This document shows, piece by piece, positions 48,964-62,739 of a DNA stretch of 64,000 nucleotides. Origin of the DNA: Lepidodermella squamata. Taxonomy: Eukaryota; Animalia; Gastrotricha. The stretch covers positions 992,001 to 1,056,000 of the forward strand of contig JBLDXI010000003.1 in the NCBI GenBank assembly GCA_047495785.1. Direction: 5' to 3'. Each line of letters opens with the position of its first letter. Position 1 is the stretch's first letter. The notes below the pieces were generated by a model. The model was not told the origin of the DNA. It ran no database searches and worked only from the letters and a program-made list of their open reading frames with translations. The translations under genes were made by a program, and so were the position numbers.

Positions 48964-51607
48964 TTATTTAATAGTTATCACATTGAACTCTCTCATCTGC
49001 AACATTTGCCTAGAAAAATAGAAATCAAAATATAAATTCTAGAGACTCGCAAGGACCGAAAATTCATATACAAAAGTATCTTCATGGATCGTGATGGGTC
49101 TGGTCAACAAAATGGGCCTGATGTTTGCAAGCACTGGAGCGTGGCGCAAGACATGACCGGATACAGGAGATAAACAGACCCCATCAAGGATAAGAGTTTG
49201 AACCGGCTCTGTATAAGATGCTCTTATGTTATATCCACAGATTACAGGTATATTGCCTCTTGAAATGCTGCCCTCAGCCGTGCAGTCTACATTCAAGTAA
49301 ACATCAGCTGATTGAAATGGATACAATCCGACGAGAGCACTGTATCTCCGTCCATCACTCCACTTTAGGATGGTCACCTGATGTTTACTTTCTTTAAAAT
49401 AAAGAATCCATCCATAAGAAAGACACAGGCGCCTTAAGGCTTAGAAGCTACAGCTCCTTTGTGGATAGAGGCGGCCGCTAAGACTAGATATCAAACTTCA
49501 AAGGTTCTATGATCCAAGTTCTTTCAAAAGTCAAAGAAAGTTTCAGTTAAGGAACTGGTCTAAAAGTCTGTTGAGAATGGAGCTTCTGCTCAATCCATGA
49601 GGGAAGCTCCGATCCTGATTTTAACCAAAAATGGTTCATTCTCAGTCTTGTCTATGAGGCCTGATCCATTCTTTCCTGGGATCCATCCAAGGAATGAGAA
49701 GGAACAAAGAATTAATGGCTCTTTTCGGGATCAATCAATCATAGAGAAGGATTCTCATCGATGCTACATCGATCCAATGATCCTATTAAAGGGTTGGCTC
49801 ATTCAGTTATAGAGATTAGGAAAAGGCAAAAATCCTGCGATGCAAAATACTGATTTTCTGCAAAATCAGGTATTGGGCGCTTCAGACGTTTTTTCACAGT
49901 AACACAGTCTCAAGCGCAGAGAGTAAGAGGTAAGTCATTGTTAGAAAAAAACCAAAAAAAGGATGAGTCGGTCTTGGAATGCTTTGACTCAGGGCTTTGC
50001 GACTCGTTGAAAGTGGGTTCAGTAAGGCCTCGAGAATCCGGATGCCCTTTCAAGATCTAAGGTTACGCTAGTTCCGGGGCCTGCTAGTCGAAGGATACAG
50101 AGGGCGAGTGAAAGCTGGAGAGTCGCTGGCAGGAAACGGCATTATAATACCCCACTCTCGGGGGTTTTTATTTACATCGGCGAAAGAGAGGACGATGCCA
50201 TTTGAAAAAGTGACACGGCGATGACTTCTGGAGACAATAATGTAAATAATGAAAAAAGGTAATAACTCGCATCAGCAAAGGCAGCAGGCACCAAGTGGGA
50301 GGGAGCCGGGCGCGATGATGGGCCGCTAATAATAGTAATAATAATAACGATAATATGCGCGTCGTTTTTCTTGTCGCGCGCGCGCGCTCAACACCAAAAA
50401 GTTGCGCGCGCTTTATTAAACGCAGTAATAATGCGCGCGAAATCACTTTATCGCGCGCTCGCGCAGGCTAATGGCACACGCGCAGCAGCAAGTAAACAAA
50501 AACGCGGCAGAGTTGAATGGCTATGAAAAGATGGCTCGCATGCTTGTATCTCATGACAGCGGCCGTAGGGACGATACGCAAAAAGTGTAAAAATATATAG
50601 TATCGCCGGCTATAGGTTAACTATACGAATATAACGGGTGTAACCAGCGTGTTTATTACCCTACTGTGTGGCCTCTCTACGCGACATGTATACATTGTCA
50701 ACGTGCGGAAAATGTTGATGATGATGATGATTTGAAGGCTAAACAAAGCGGATCAAAACGCGAAACAAAAGACGTCGTCGAGTACGTATTGATAAGGCCC
50801 CGGATAGCTCGACACTTGGCCCCGCCTAATATAAACAGCTTCGGAGCGATACACAGACGCATAAAAAAACGACGAGCGGCGCCTTAAAAAATCTGCCGAG
50901 CAAACAGCGGCGCCTCTGTCTGTATATTTATCATCGCTTTCTCGAGTATTGATGTAAGACAGTCAAGAGTTAGTCCGCGGCTACTCATTTGCATAAACCG
51001 AAGCCGCGCTAGGTGTGAACAACCACACGCAGGTGCGCGATCGAGTGCGATCATGCGTGACGCGCAACGGAAACCGAGCGCATCTTTTTCCGTGTAAATA
51101 TTATATGCCTATACATTTCGCGCTCTCAAACCAGACAAAAAATTAGAAAATAACATTAAATCAATGAAAAAATAATCGAGACCCTAAGAAACGAGAATCT
51201 GGGTTCGTTTTAGTTATCCTATTTTTCGAGGAACAAAACCTTGGCCACAATTCCAACTTGTATAGCCTTCTATAGAAATTTCAAGGATTGGATCCAAAGT
51301 TGACGTGGGCATGGCCAATGCGAGGGACGCAATTTATATAAATTAGGGGAATTTTCGAAAAGGTTGCAAGAACTTGCAAAACTTGGAGGGGACCTTTCTC
51401 AAAAAACAAGCCAAGTATTTCAATAATTTTAAGGTTTTTTATCTATTTTTTTGCTCTATAAGAATTTTGCTCTACAATTAAGTCCTGGATAATTTAGTAA
51501 CGAATAGGATGTATAAAATACATTATTATGTGGTATATTTTATCTATTTCTACATACCTAATTTTTCAAATCGAACTTGATTTTTCACGATTTATTAGGT
51601 TTTCCTG

Positions 51608-51747
51608 GTTAGGGTAGGGTTAGGGTTAGGGTTATTTTCTTAAACTTGTGCAAATAGGAAAAAAGCAACACATAATTATAGGTAAAATATACCACATAGT
51701 TAATTAGGGTAAGGGTTAGGGTTAGGGTTAGGGTTAGGGTTAGGGTT
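51608..51747. repeat. Interstitial (TTAGGG)n tracts
   Basis: Tracts at 51608-51634 and ~51704-51747. Confidence 0.8.
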
Positions 51748-54700
51748 GGCAAATTTAACGTTTCATAACCAGAAAATGACAGAAAAATTTGAATATTTGA
51801 AAAATTTTCATGGTAATTAAAATGGAGGTGATATTTCCAAGAAAATTGCACCCTATAATTTACAAGAGAGGACCATATTAGCAAAATGAAAAAACGCACC
51901 TAAAATTAGGAAAAAAATGTAAGAAAAAAATCGGGAATTTATTTATTGTAAGGGGTAAAAAATTTACGGCGTTTTTTCTGTTTCCCGCCAAATGTTTTAA
52001 AATAACAGGAAAAATGCGACGATTCATATTGAATTCTCTAGGGTTGAAAAAAAATCGCAGCAGAGATTGAACGGAAAGTTTACACTGCGAATCTTGACCT
52101 CAAATCGATAACAAGGCCCGCCTGTTGGTTAGGTTATAGTTAAGACACATCGAATAAAATAACAACACGGATTGCGCGCCAGTTTTTTCCGCAACAGATG
52201 ATAATAATAATAACACCGATTAATAATAAAAATAAGGGCGCCGGCCGCGCGGGTTGGGTTAATAGCGGGCATCACATCATTATTATACATGGCCACCACA
52301 CGCGCAAAAGAGTGGCCACTTCGCGCTATAGCCGGGCAAAGGCTCGGCCAGCAGAAAATAGGCGCGCAATTTTATTGTTGCGCGCATTGATAACCCGCAC
52401 GATGATGCGCGTTGTTACAAGTTATTAGCTGCCGCAAAAACATTGCGCGCAAAAATATATATATTCTATATTTTTTGACGTGCGCGCTTTTACTATCATT
52501 GTAACAAATTTTCTATCATAGGTAACAATGCCGCCACATCGCATGCGCCGCTTCGCCCAACAGCTGCCGGCTAGGTTGTTATTTTTCATTCTTAGTTTTT
52601 AGGTATATCAAGCGCACCAGTAGGTAATAAGCAGCGGCGGCTATTTAGCGCAATTTGTAATGGTCGATTGAGATGGATAGAGCGAAAATTTTCACACACT
52701 AATAGTATAATCAGAACCAGGCGCGAAAAAAGTCAGTACTGGTAACAGGTGAAAAATTGAAAAATGCAAAATAAATTATTTAAATTTCCCTGCTATCCAT
52801 GGTCTTCATTTTTAAGGTGGATAGAGCTCAAATTATAATCTAAATTCGAGGGAAATCTGTTGAGTTTTAGTCCCACTATAAAATCTAGCGGAGGAATAAA
52901 AAAAATCTGGGAAAATTCGGTCCAGGCAGGTAAAATACCGAAAATTACCGAATCGAATACCATCGGGTTTTTCCGGGTTTTCTCGGAATTGTTTCGATCA
53001 AGTCGCGATTGAAGGTTAGGAGGGGTTAGGAGAGGAAGGTTGGGTAGGTTTAATTTCAGAAAAATATATAAATATAGCTCGCAAAACTATTATCAAATTA
53101 GAAAATGGTTATCGGACACCCTGTAATAAGATGACAGAGGTTAAATATGCCACAATGCGTAATAATTAGATTAGCCACCTTGTAAAAAAAGCTTCTTGTA
53201 ACAATAAGCCCGAAAATATGTAAGGTCGTGATTTGACCACGGTTGAATGGCCGTGAAACAATGCGGTGTATCAACCGAGGCGAGTTCGAAAAATCGTTAC
53301 ATTGAACAAACAAGCGGCGTGACCTCAACGCAAAAAATCAAGGTCATGCAGTATATAATATTATAATCTATAATCTATAAGCTGTAATTATTGATAAATA
53401 ATAATAAGCCGCGTTTTGCGCTGTAATTATGAATGGCGTGGCTGTAGTTTATTTAGGGACAATAATATAATAGCATTAATTGCTATTATTGCTACGCACT
53501 CGGTAACCGTGATTAGGCCTGCTCACGGTATAAATAATCCGATATTTGCCCTGAGACGCGCGGCGGGATGAGCAGCCGCGCAGGCCTCTAGTATTAGGCA
53601 CAAGATCGAACAACAATGACAATAGGGCATAAGCTAAACAAGCGATGCGACACATTCGGTTTTAGATGTGTCCACGCGCGCGCTTCTACGGAAAAGGTAG
53701 TGGAGACGCCTCTCGTTTTCTTTCAGCCGTTGCCGTTGTTTATCGCCACTATACGCGCGTGTTGACACAACTCTTTTGACGCGCTGTCACCAGCGCAGCC
53801 AAACGATACCGAGGTAATGGGTAATGGCTTTCGGCCAGAAACCACCGAAAAACCGCTCCCGAACATATGGCGGGCGGTTGTGCGGCTTTTAGCCTGCGCA
53901 CACACACACGCGCGTGCGTTGCCAGCGAACCTGAAAAAGGTGACCCGTTAATGGCGCGACGAGGGCCGGTTAATATAGCAGCCGTGTCTCATATAGCTGC
54001 GTGTATCGTTTTTGCGTTGTATCATCCCACCGCTGTTCACACAATTACGGTGTAATAAATATTCGCAAAAATAAGGAACAGAAGCTGCAACGGGTAAATA
54101 ATCATGTTTAGTCACCTTGAGCGACTAATTTATTATTATTATTTTTCCAATATTTTTTCGGCGTGAAAAGATGATGTGGTGGTATAAAAATTCCCGGGCG
54201 TAAACAACTCTTTATTTCCGAATATAAATACGACAATTAATTCGAATGCCATCGGAATTATTTCGTCTTCTCGTAAAAAGTGTGAAAATGCGCGCACCTG
54301 TTATTAGTGCGTCACACTCGAGTCGCGCGCGTGCGCTCATTTCGAGACGCGCACTCGAATATATCAGCAGCATGCCTCTCGCGAATCGATCAGCTGTCAT
54401 GGATAAACAACGACGAGAGCTTGCCTAAATTCTTGAACTCTTCGCCCGGTTCATTTCTCCGGTATCAACATTCGGTGCAAAACGCGGCCAAAACATTTTC
54501 GATATTCGTATTTATTTTATTCAGAAAATTCGTAAATATTCGTAAATAATAATTAAAAAAAAACCGTGTAAATTACAGAGATCGGTGAAGGTCAAAGAGG
54601 TGTGGCAAGATCAACAATCGATAATATTATCACATTTTTTGATCGGAAAAAATCAGGAAAAATATCACAAAAAGTGGACAGCATAGCAAAAAATTGTGAG

Positions 54701-54820
54701 ACTGGAATAAATATTCACATATCATATTTTCTTGAAACAAAAATTAAAAATCTCAAAATTTTTTAATAATCAGAAATGCCGAGAAAACAATATTTTTCAA
54801 AAATGTCAGTGAATTTTTTT

Positions 54821-57800
54821 TCAAATCCATTCCGAAGCTCCACTGTTATCGTCCTTGGTCGGATCCAAATAAGCCGAAAATTCGGTAATAACCCGAATTG
54901 GCAGAAATCGATCAGTTAACGAATCCGGCGGGACAGGATTAGAAGTGACAACAATGAATTTAAAACCAGCCATGCGGGCTATATTGAACGAATTCGGGTT
55001 ATATTCGTTCCCGTCAGATTTTTTCACGAGATCCAAATAAATTTCCTCATGAATAAAAGTGCGTTTTTTAATCAAAAGATCCAGCAAATCTTTTTTGATT
55101 TCGTCGAATCGAACGCGCACACTCGTGTCGAAAATCGAGTCGAATTCAAGCAGGTCCAGCACGAACGGTTTGCCGTAGCGAACCGCGCCTAGCAAGCCGA
55201 GTCGAATAGCTTCGGATCGCATTTCGTTCGGGTGCAACGCGTGGATGTAGTTGGTATCGCGGTAGCGCAGGAAAGTCGCAGCCTGGCCGGACGGGTCGAT
55301 AAGCAGCGGCCATTTGTCGGAGCGAGACAGCTTGTCGCCGATATCCAGAATCAACACGTCGTCCAATTCGCGTAAATTCACCTAAAAATCAGAGTTTTAA
55401 TTTAATAAATAATTCTAGTTGATTATTAGAAATTTACCTTATCATAATTAGGACTAGAATACACACTGATTTAACTAATTAATTAATTAATTAATTTTAT
55501 TATATTAATTTATTTATTTACTAATTATTTTGTCTTTCTTCCTCTCTTATGTCAAAAGTATCTTCGAATGGCAATGAAATTTCTTATTGAGCAACTGTTA
55601 CGAACTTCACTTGCTGAAAGCTTTAACTCAATGCCATTCGAAGATGCATGGTCTGCTGTTATATATTCAACTTTCTTCGATGAAAAATATCGCTCATCAC
55701 AGGTTTCGAAATCACATCAAGTCGGTAGAGCGTTGAGATACGACGCAGAAAAACGTTTAGTGTTAAAGCAACGAGTGGCCGATGATACTTACGAGTATCA
55801 GTGCAACATCGACGGCTGCACGGCTGTTATCAAAACCTACACCTCTAGTGGTCGGATCGCTTCGACTTTGAATCGGCATATTGCTAGCAAGCATGTTGAG
55901 GTATGGCTCGAAGCCGCACGCAAGGGCGAGGCTAAGCCGCGAAAGCAGGATCGAAAAAGTTTGCTCGGTAATTTTGTTATCGTCAATCATGAGCCATTTT
56001 AGTTTTTAGTAAAAATCATAGAAAAAATCTGAACGAAAATAAGTGAAACTGTCGGCAAAAGGCAGAATGAACTGGTCGACAGTTTTCTCTCCATCGCCCA
56101 TTCTATTTTCCTCAAAGCTATCGCGTTCAATTGTCACGCAGGCATTTGGGGCTCAAAAGCGCAGCACTCGTTCCTAGGGCTGAACGTTGAGTTCATATCC
56201 GATTAAATGAAACGCTTCCGATTCACAGCCGATCATCTATATTTTCCTGGTCATTTTCAGCCTTTAAACCTTTAGTTGAAAATACGAATCGGAAAGTACG
56301 ATCCTGAAACTGATCCCATGACTCGATTCCTCGACCCGCTTGGCACAACCGAATTTAGGATGGCTCCTTGCAACTCGCCATGCAATTCCTTAACACTTTA
56401 CGCGCCGGGGTCCTGGCGAGAAGCCATTCCTGTGTCGCCGGGGTATTTTCGACGTGCCGACCAAAAAATTCGACCCCCATATTATGATATTTTCTGGCAG
56501 AGGACAGAATTCTAAGACCATTGGTCGATGTCCCGAATTTTTTTGACTCATCCTTATTACGTAATGTTCAAAAAACCATTACGCACATTTGCGTATGCGG
56601 CGCCAGGCGGTAGAACGAATACGCACATGTGCGTATATGGCTATTCGCTTCAAATTGTGTTTACGCACCTATGCGTATACGGCGCTAGGTTGAAGACTGT
56701 GATTGAAGACCGTATACGCATATTTGCGTATACGGCGCCACGCAGATGTTGCAGCTAGCAGGTGTGGGAGAAAGCATACTTTTTTAATTTCACTCATTTC
56801 TCTCTACTATTTCGAATAATGTCACGCGTCAAACAACTTAACGCCATCGCTACTGCATTTCTTGAACTTAGTTCATCCTCCAAGAATGATGATAAGGAAA
56901 GTGATCCTGATTTTGTCACTGAGCGAATACCCCGACGGCGGCCCCAACGGCGACGAGCCGCATCTGTTGCTTTTGATCAAATTTGATGGCCTTATTGTTT
57001 TCCAATTTTTTGCTGATCGCAGCTGGTTTGTAAAAATTTGAATCATCATTGATTTCATATTTTGAAATATGGCGAATCAGATAGTTCAGAAATAAAAAAT
57101 TCAGCGATAACAGAAAATCGATAACCGATAATCGATAATCGATAATCAGTGATTTCTTGAGTGAAAATGCATTTTTTGGTGATTTTGACAACAAATTTGA
57201 AAACTAAAGGTGTGAATTGACTTTGGACTACTGTTAACTAATTTCTCAAAGCGATGGGTAGGGCAAAAAAAAATCGCAAAGAAGCCTCACTCATGGATAC
57301 GCACATTTGCGTATATGGCTATATTCTGCAAAAATCTGCATACTCACATGTGCGTATATGGCTATTCTCTGCAAATTTTCGTATACGCAAATGTGCGTAT
57401 ACGGCGCGTAAAGTGTTAAACAACACAACCCTGCTGACCGGTCCCGTTCAATCCCTAATCAGTATCTCTGAGAACCTCGTGACGGCAATCTTGTGTTAAG
57501 TATTTTTGGAGGCGAAAGCGAGAACACTGCATCAACGCTCATTCAGGCTACATGGCCTTTGCAACATGGGGTCCCGTGACCCGCGAATTGCTGTTTACTC
57601 ATAAATTGGTGCCAAACCCACCTGTCGCCGCGCTCCCCAACAAGCGGTCGAAGGTGCCCATTGTAGGCCAGTACTAGCTCCGAAGAAATCGAATGCTCGA
57701 AAGCAGCCCGTGGCCCCGAGTGCAAGCGCTGCCGAAGATGTCCAAGGTGGCCAAGTCAAAAAAGCCGAGATATCTTTCTCAAAGTGCCAAAGGCGGCTTA

Positions 57801-60800
57801 GGCGATGTAAGCCAGCTGCCGACGGCGCCCGATCGACCAACCATAATCGCAGTGTCCCGTCCTCTCCAACGTGCTGAAACCGGCCACGGCGATGGAAGCC
57901 ACCCACCTATTATCATTCGACTGGCTCAACCTGCCCGAAGTTCCCCTGTTGATTATGTCGGCGGTAGCCAACAGGGCAAGGCTCCCCATCAGCCTGTTGC
58001 CCCACAACTCGGTGCGTTAACTGAGCAGGACAACCAAGGTGGCCGAGTGAGTGGTGTAGAAAGGCTTATTCCTGAACCTGAACCCGATGTACCTTATGTT
58101 CGAGCCGACGGGCGGACAGTTTGGAATTTTTCAAAGCAGTTTTCACCGGTCGATAGATCTAGTGTATTTATAAAACGGAATGTCTATTCGTACATAACTA
58201 TGTACGCGATAATTGCTATTCGTACATAGTTTCGATATGCTTTTTTCTAAGATAAACGGCTTGCTCAATTTTCATCCCATCAATCTAATTTGTTGCGTGC
58301 TGATAGCTGACCATCAGGCCTATCTCCCCTCAAAAAATCACCATTGGACCCCCTAAGGTAGATTCGCAAAATATCATTATTTAAATTGTTTTTCACGACC
58401 CTAGATGGATTACTTTGGAAGATAATCTGACGAAATTTGACCATTAGATAGGCCTCACTTTGCTGCATCTCCCTGTGAAATTCCATGGTATCATCGTCAA
58501 ATCTCGAATTTCCACACCCATTTGAATAACTCTGAAAATTCGCGCAAAACTATGTACGAATAGCAATTTTCGCGTACATAGTCATGTACGAATAGCTTGA
58601 CCCTTTATAAAAAAACAGTGATCCATTGTGACGTAATCACTGCTTTTAGTACACAAACTCACGGTTTTTTGAACATAATTTGAAAAGTACATATCTAGAA
58701 CCGCCTTGAAAAACTGAATATGATAGGCCGAAAAAGTCACTTTTGAAAAATGGTGTCGATAGCACTTTTAGTCGCTGCTATGACGATATACCGTATTTGT
58801 TCCTATAGCAGCCCGGGTTACTAAAATTTCAAGCTCGAAATTTTGAAAATAATTTTTGGTGAATCCTTCATTTTTGATGTTTCCGAACCGACTTGACCCC
58901 TCAACCCTGGGCTACTATTAGGGATGGGCGATTATTAGTGGATGGGCTACTTTCGGAACAAATACGGTATTTCCGAGAATCGCAATAAATAAGTAGAAAC
59001 GAAAGGGTTTTTTATTTCTATATTTAATAGACCCGTCTTCAATTCCAAGATGGATTCCCAAGTTGGGTTTAGGCCTCAAAGTCAATTTTGACAGACAAAA
59101 AATTGAATAATTCATAATTGAAACTGACCTCAATTTCGTCTGATTTCTTCGCTTTCATCGCATCCTCGCCTGTGAACATGATCTCACGGCGTCGCAGCCT
59201 AAGCGCCGCCAGTTTGCCACGCGCCTTATCCAGTTCGATTTTCGCTGCTTCCAACTCGAGCTCGGCGTCATTCAACGCCTGTTTCGCCAGTTGAACCTGC
59301 GACTCGTTGCTAGGCGGCGTCGAGTCCAGAAATTTGAACCGCCGGTTGTAGCTATCCTGGCCCGACTTGACGCTCTGAGTCTTCAGCTGAACTTCACGCT
59401 CCGCTGCGTCGATTTGATCGTCCAACTGCTCGCAACGCGCTTTCTTCAACTCCTCAACCTAAATACAATTAAAATAAAAATTTCAAGGTATTGCTAGGTG
59501 TAAGGACAACTAGGTTATATCTATAATTGTAGGGCTGGCCCTTCTGCGACCTGCGCAAGTGATTCGCACCTGACACTTATCCACTGAAATATTTCTTCAT
59601 TTTCCATGTTTCATGATTATAAACTATGGGTTTGAAGAAAACTGTTGAACCTTTCCATTCAACAAAACAAGCATCTGTAAGGTTGTGGAAATCAGAATAT
59701 CCATCCTCTCGATTTCCAGCCTATCATGGACATTCCGATACGAAGCAGATTATTCACCGAAAATCTAAGGTTGCCTTTTTCGCCCCGGCGTATTCATTTG
59801 CCCGAACAAAAAATGTCGAGCGCGCGTGTCGTAAAACAACGGGAATACTGCAACTGCAACTGACTAAATTAGAAGGCGCGTGCCTCAAGGCAAGACGTGT
59901 TTCTGTGCCAGTTTCCACCGGTGCATCAAGCTCTCCCTCAGGCTATCAAGCCCGCCCAGCAGTGATGATGCTGTTCATTTGCTTTTTGTTCTCTGTTTGA
60001 GGCATAAAATAACGAATGAAGCTCGCCAGGATATTGCTGCTCTGATTCGGCGTTTGTTAAAATCATTCTTCTGCTCTACTCAAATTTCTTTCTCTGACAT
60101 TTCTGCCTATAAGTATGAAATATTTTCTGATTTCTTGGTCCAAGGATCGCTCGCTCACATGATGTGGTCTGATGACAACATGCTTCAAGGCTTCACTTAA
60201 CTGCAACTGGGTGTTGCCGGGTACCTTCGCATTAACTGGCAAGACGCTGGAAATTTCTACACGCCGAAATTGTTGCCAATGGCTACGAGGCTGAGATTCA
60301 AGTCGCACATAATGCCATCCTTCGTATGAACCAAGCACCGATCAAGTCGAAGAAACTGAAGCCTTCGGTCATCACCAGCGACAGCGAAGACGAATATGTG
60401 CTTCTGCGACCATCTCCTTATCCATATCGTTAGCGGCGCGCCAAAACAACCACTTTACTATTTATAGATTTTATATGGATAGTACGATCGAGAGTAGAAA
60501 AAAATCAGTGCTCAAATGGCCTATCGTACTTTATCATTACGTTCAGCGACTTCAAGTACGATCGAATGAATCATCTAAGTGGTTGTTTTGGCGCGCCGCT
60601 AACGATATCCAACGCCATCTCCTTCAGCGACACCGGCGAAGTCTGTTCCGGCCGAACTCGTTCGCATGCCGCCTCCAAAGCCGATTCAGCTGGGCGGCAA
60701 AACACCCGCGTTGTCTCAACCTGTTCGTACACTTGGCACGTTTCGCCAGCTCTCGAGCGAACGGTCTCAATACGTCTCGGCTACGCCGTCGTCGTCATCT

Positions 60801-62099
60801 TCTACACGCCCACTATCATCGTCTATCGAAGAAACTTCAGCCGATGGTCGCGAATCAAGGGTAGGTCATCTGATTTTTATTCAGCTTATTTTCTTCGGTA
60901 TAACCGACAAGGACTAGATGGCACTGCTGCTGTGCCGTTCCGAAGGTGCCTTACCGATCAAATGGCCTGCATTGCCTTTGTCGTTGAAAGTTGGTCATCA
61001 CCTTCTACTTGCCAGAGCCCGAAATTTTACATCGTTTTTCGATGGTCACCAAGCTTCAGTGGCTGGTGGACAGTAGAGCCTAGTGGCCGAGTGGTTCGTG
61101 TTATCAGCGATCAACACATGCGCTCTGACGTCGAATTCGCTTTTCACGCTCTGCCTGGCAAGCAGACCTTCTGCAATCAAGCCGTGCGTCAATCGCGGTA
61201 AATAACAGCTAGGGCCAACCAAGATCATCCAAAACGACTTGAGCCAAGATCTTCTAAGATTTTGCAAAGATCGCGCAGAAACGCGGCCGATCTCAAAGGA
61301 TATTTGCTGATCATTGAAGAATCTAACTAAGACCAATTCTCCAGGGGTGAAATTCGTCAAAGTGCGAATATCGGTGATAACACAACAAAAAATAGGGTAA
61401 AAAATGTCGAAATTGTTCTTACTTCGCGTTTATGCTTCTCCTTTGTCCGGTTGATGACGCTCAGCATGTGCTCGGTCTGGGCAATGTTCCACGACTGGAA
61501 GACAGCTTTCATGACTTCGTTCGGCGACACCTGCTCCGGCGTCTGGCCGTCATCGGCGTACAGCCGCGGGTCCGCGCCCGTTTCCAGCAGCACTTCAACG
61601 GCATCGACATGACCGCAAAACGCCGCTCGCCACATTGGAGTACGACCGAACTGCCCACGAGCGTTTGGATCAGCTTCAAGACTGACTAGATACCGGATAG
61701 CGTCCACACTCCCACCGGCTAAAGAATAAAGGAAAGAAAAATGTCAATATTTTCCTGAAGTAAGGTTATAGAACTACAGAATCTAAACCTAAAATAAAGA
61801 TAAAATGGATATTTTGAATCGTGCTTACTGGCTGCTTCAGAAAGCGGCGTGTTGCCATTAGGATCCGTGCAGTCGACAAGGGCTCGAACTCGCCGCGACC
61901 CGGCCAATTTTCGAAATTTATCAGGCACATTTCGCTTGGTGGTTGTGGCAGGCTTGGACGATGCATCGCCGCGTTCATTCGACGCGCCTTCTTCATCTTG
62001 AACTTCCTTGGCGCGAACTTCGTCGAATACTGCCTGCAGCGTACTCACATCGCCGTCATACGCAGCTTCCAGCACTTTTTTCTTGTATCGATTGAATTC
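54821..62099 (-). CDS. IQANK1: IQ motif and ankyrin repeat domain-containing protein-like, 3' exons (5' exons not located in window)
   Basis: Exons 62099-61829, 61718-61423, 59458-59129, 55381-54821 join in frame: LEAAYDGD, ankyrin repeats (GNTPLSEAA, GRTPMWRAAFCGH), coiled coil, ELDDVL..WPLLIDPSGQAATFLRYRDTNY. Confidence 0.85.
55568..56240 (+). mobile_element. Degenerate hAT transposase remnant (BED finger) in IQANK1 intron
   Basis: YQCNIDGC..STLNRHIASKH BED-like finger; downstream AGIWGSKAQHSFLGLNVEFISD* resembles the first catalytic hAT block, with D changed to G and a stop. Confidence 0.65.
56394..57415. mobile_element. Non-autonomous piggyBac-type element
   Basis: TTAA|CACTTTACGCGCCG...CGGCGCGTAAAGTG|TTAA; 7 internal palindromic TACGCA-NNN-TGCGTA units. 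Confidence 0.88.
58176..58603. mobile_element. Mutator-like MITE
   Basis: ~55-bp inverted ends (CTATTCGTACAT repeats); 9-bp TSD TTTATAAAA. Confidence 0.8.
58791..58967. mobile_element. TA-flanked MITE
   Basis: TA|CCGTATTTGTTCC..AGCCC and GGGCT..GGAACAAATACGG|TA. Confidence 0.85.
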
Positions 62100-62739
62100 C
62101 TAAAAATATAGGAAAGCTTTTAGAACTGCCCAGTCACAAATATAGTTATAATTGTCCAAGTTTAAAACTATTTCAAGAAATCTCAAGCCGGCTATGATCA
62201 TCGATTCAACAGAAGATTCCCTCGGTGAATCCGCAAAAGCTACTCGGGTTATCAACACTCAACTGAGCAGCCATCAAGCTGGCTTCAACGTAACCCCGTA
62301 ATCGCACTACCTGCTAGGCCGAACATACACGTTCCCGAAGATTGCCTACACTTCCTTGTTGGTTTGGGAAGAACAAGGAATGAAGAATAATAAACATTCC
62401 GGTTTTAAACAAACTTGGTTTTTGGCGAGTACTTTACAAAAACGGCACCGTCTAATTTGGTAAAAGACATGGCTAACATTGTACCTCATATCTGTCTCTC
62501 GTCCTGACACTGGACTGGATGCGAATGGTGATTATACATTTTGCATAGAACGCTGTCACTACAACATGTGTACTGTTTCCGCGCCAGTTTTTCAAACGCA
62601 TCCAAGCAGGATCACGACTTGGCGCAATCATTACCCACGAGCACCGCCCAACTGTCAGCTTGGCTAACGCAACATTGAACAATTTCGTCTTTCCGCCGTT
62701 CACTTTTGATTTCGGAGACCCCGAGTTGATCAAGGTAAC

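Noticed and set aside
51609-51899. ORF with LTLTLT repeats
   Set aside because: Translation of the TTAGGG tract.
55438-55465. Possible IQANK1 microexon
   Set aside because: Candidate lengths of 16 or 28 nt break the frame, and the flanking exons already join in frame.
56575-57410. Palindromic TACGCA..TGCGTA repeats resembling a CRISPR array
   Set aside because: Irregular spacing, located inside a TTAA-flanked element, eukaryotic context and no cas genes.
57595-58229. 178-aa Pro-rich ORF
   Set aside because: No recognisable domain; it runs into a MITE and is probably a repeat relic.
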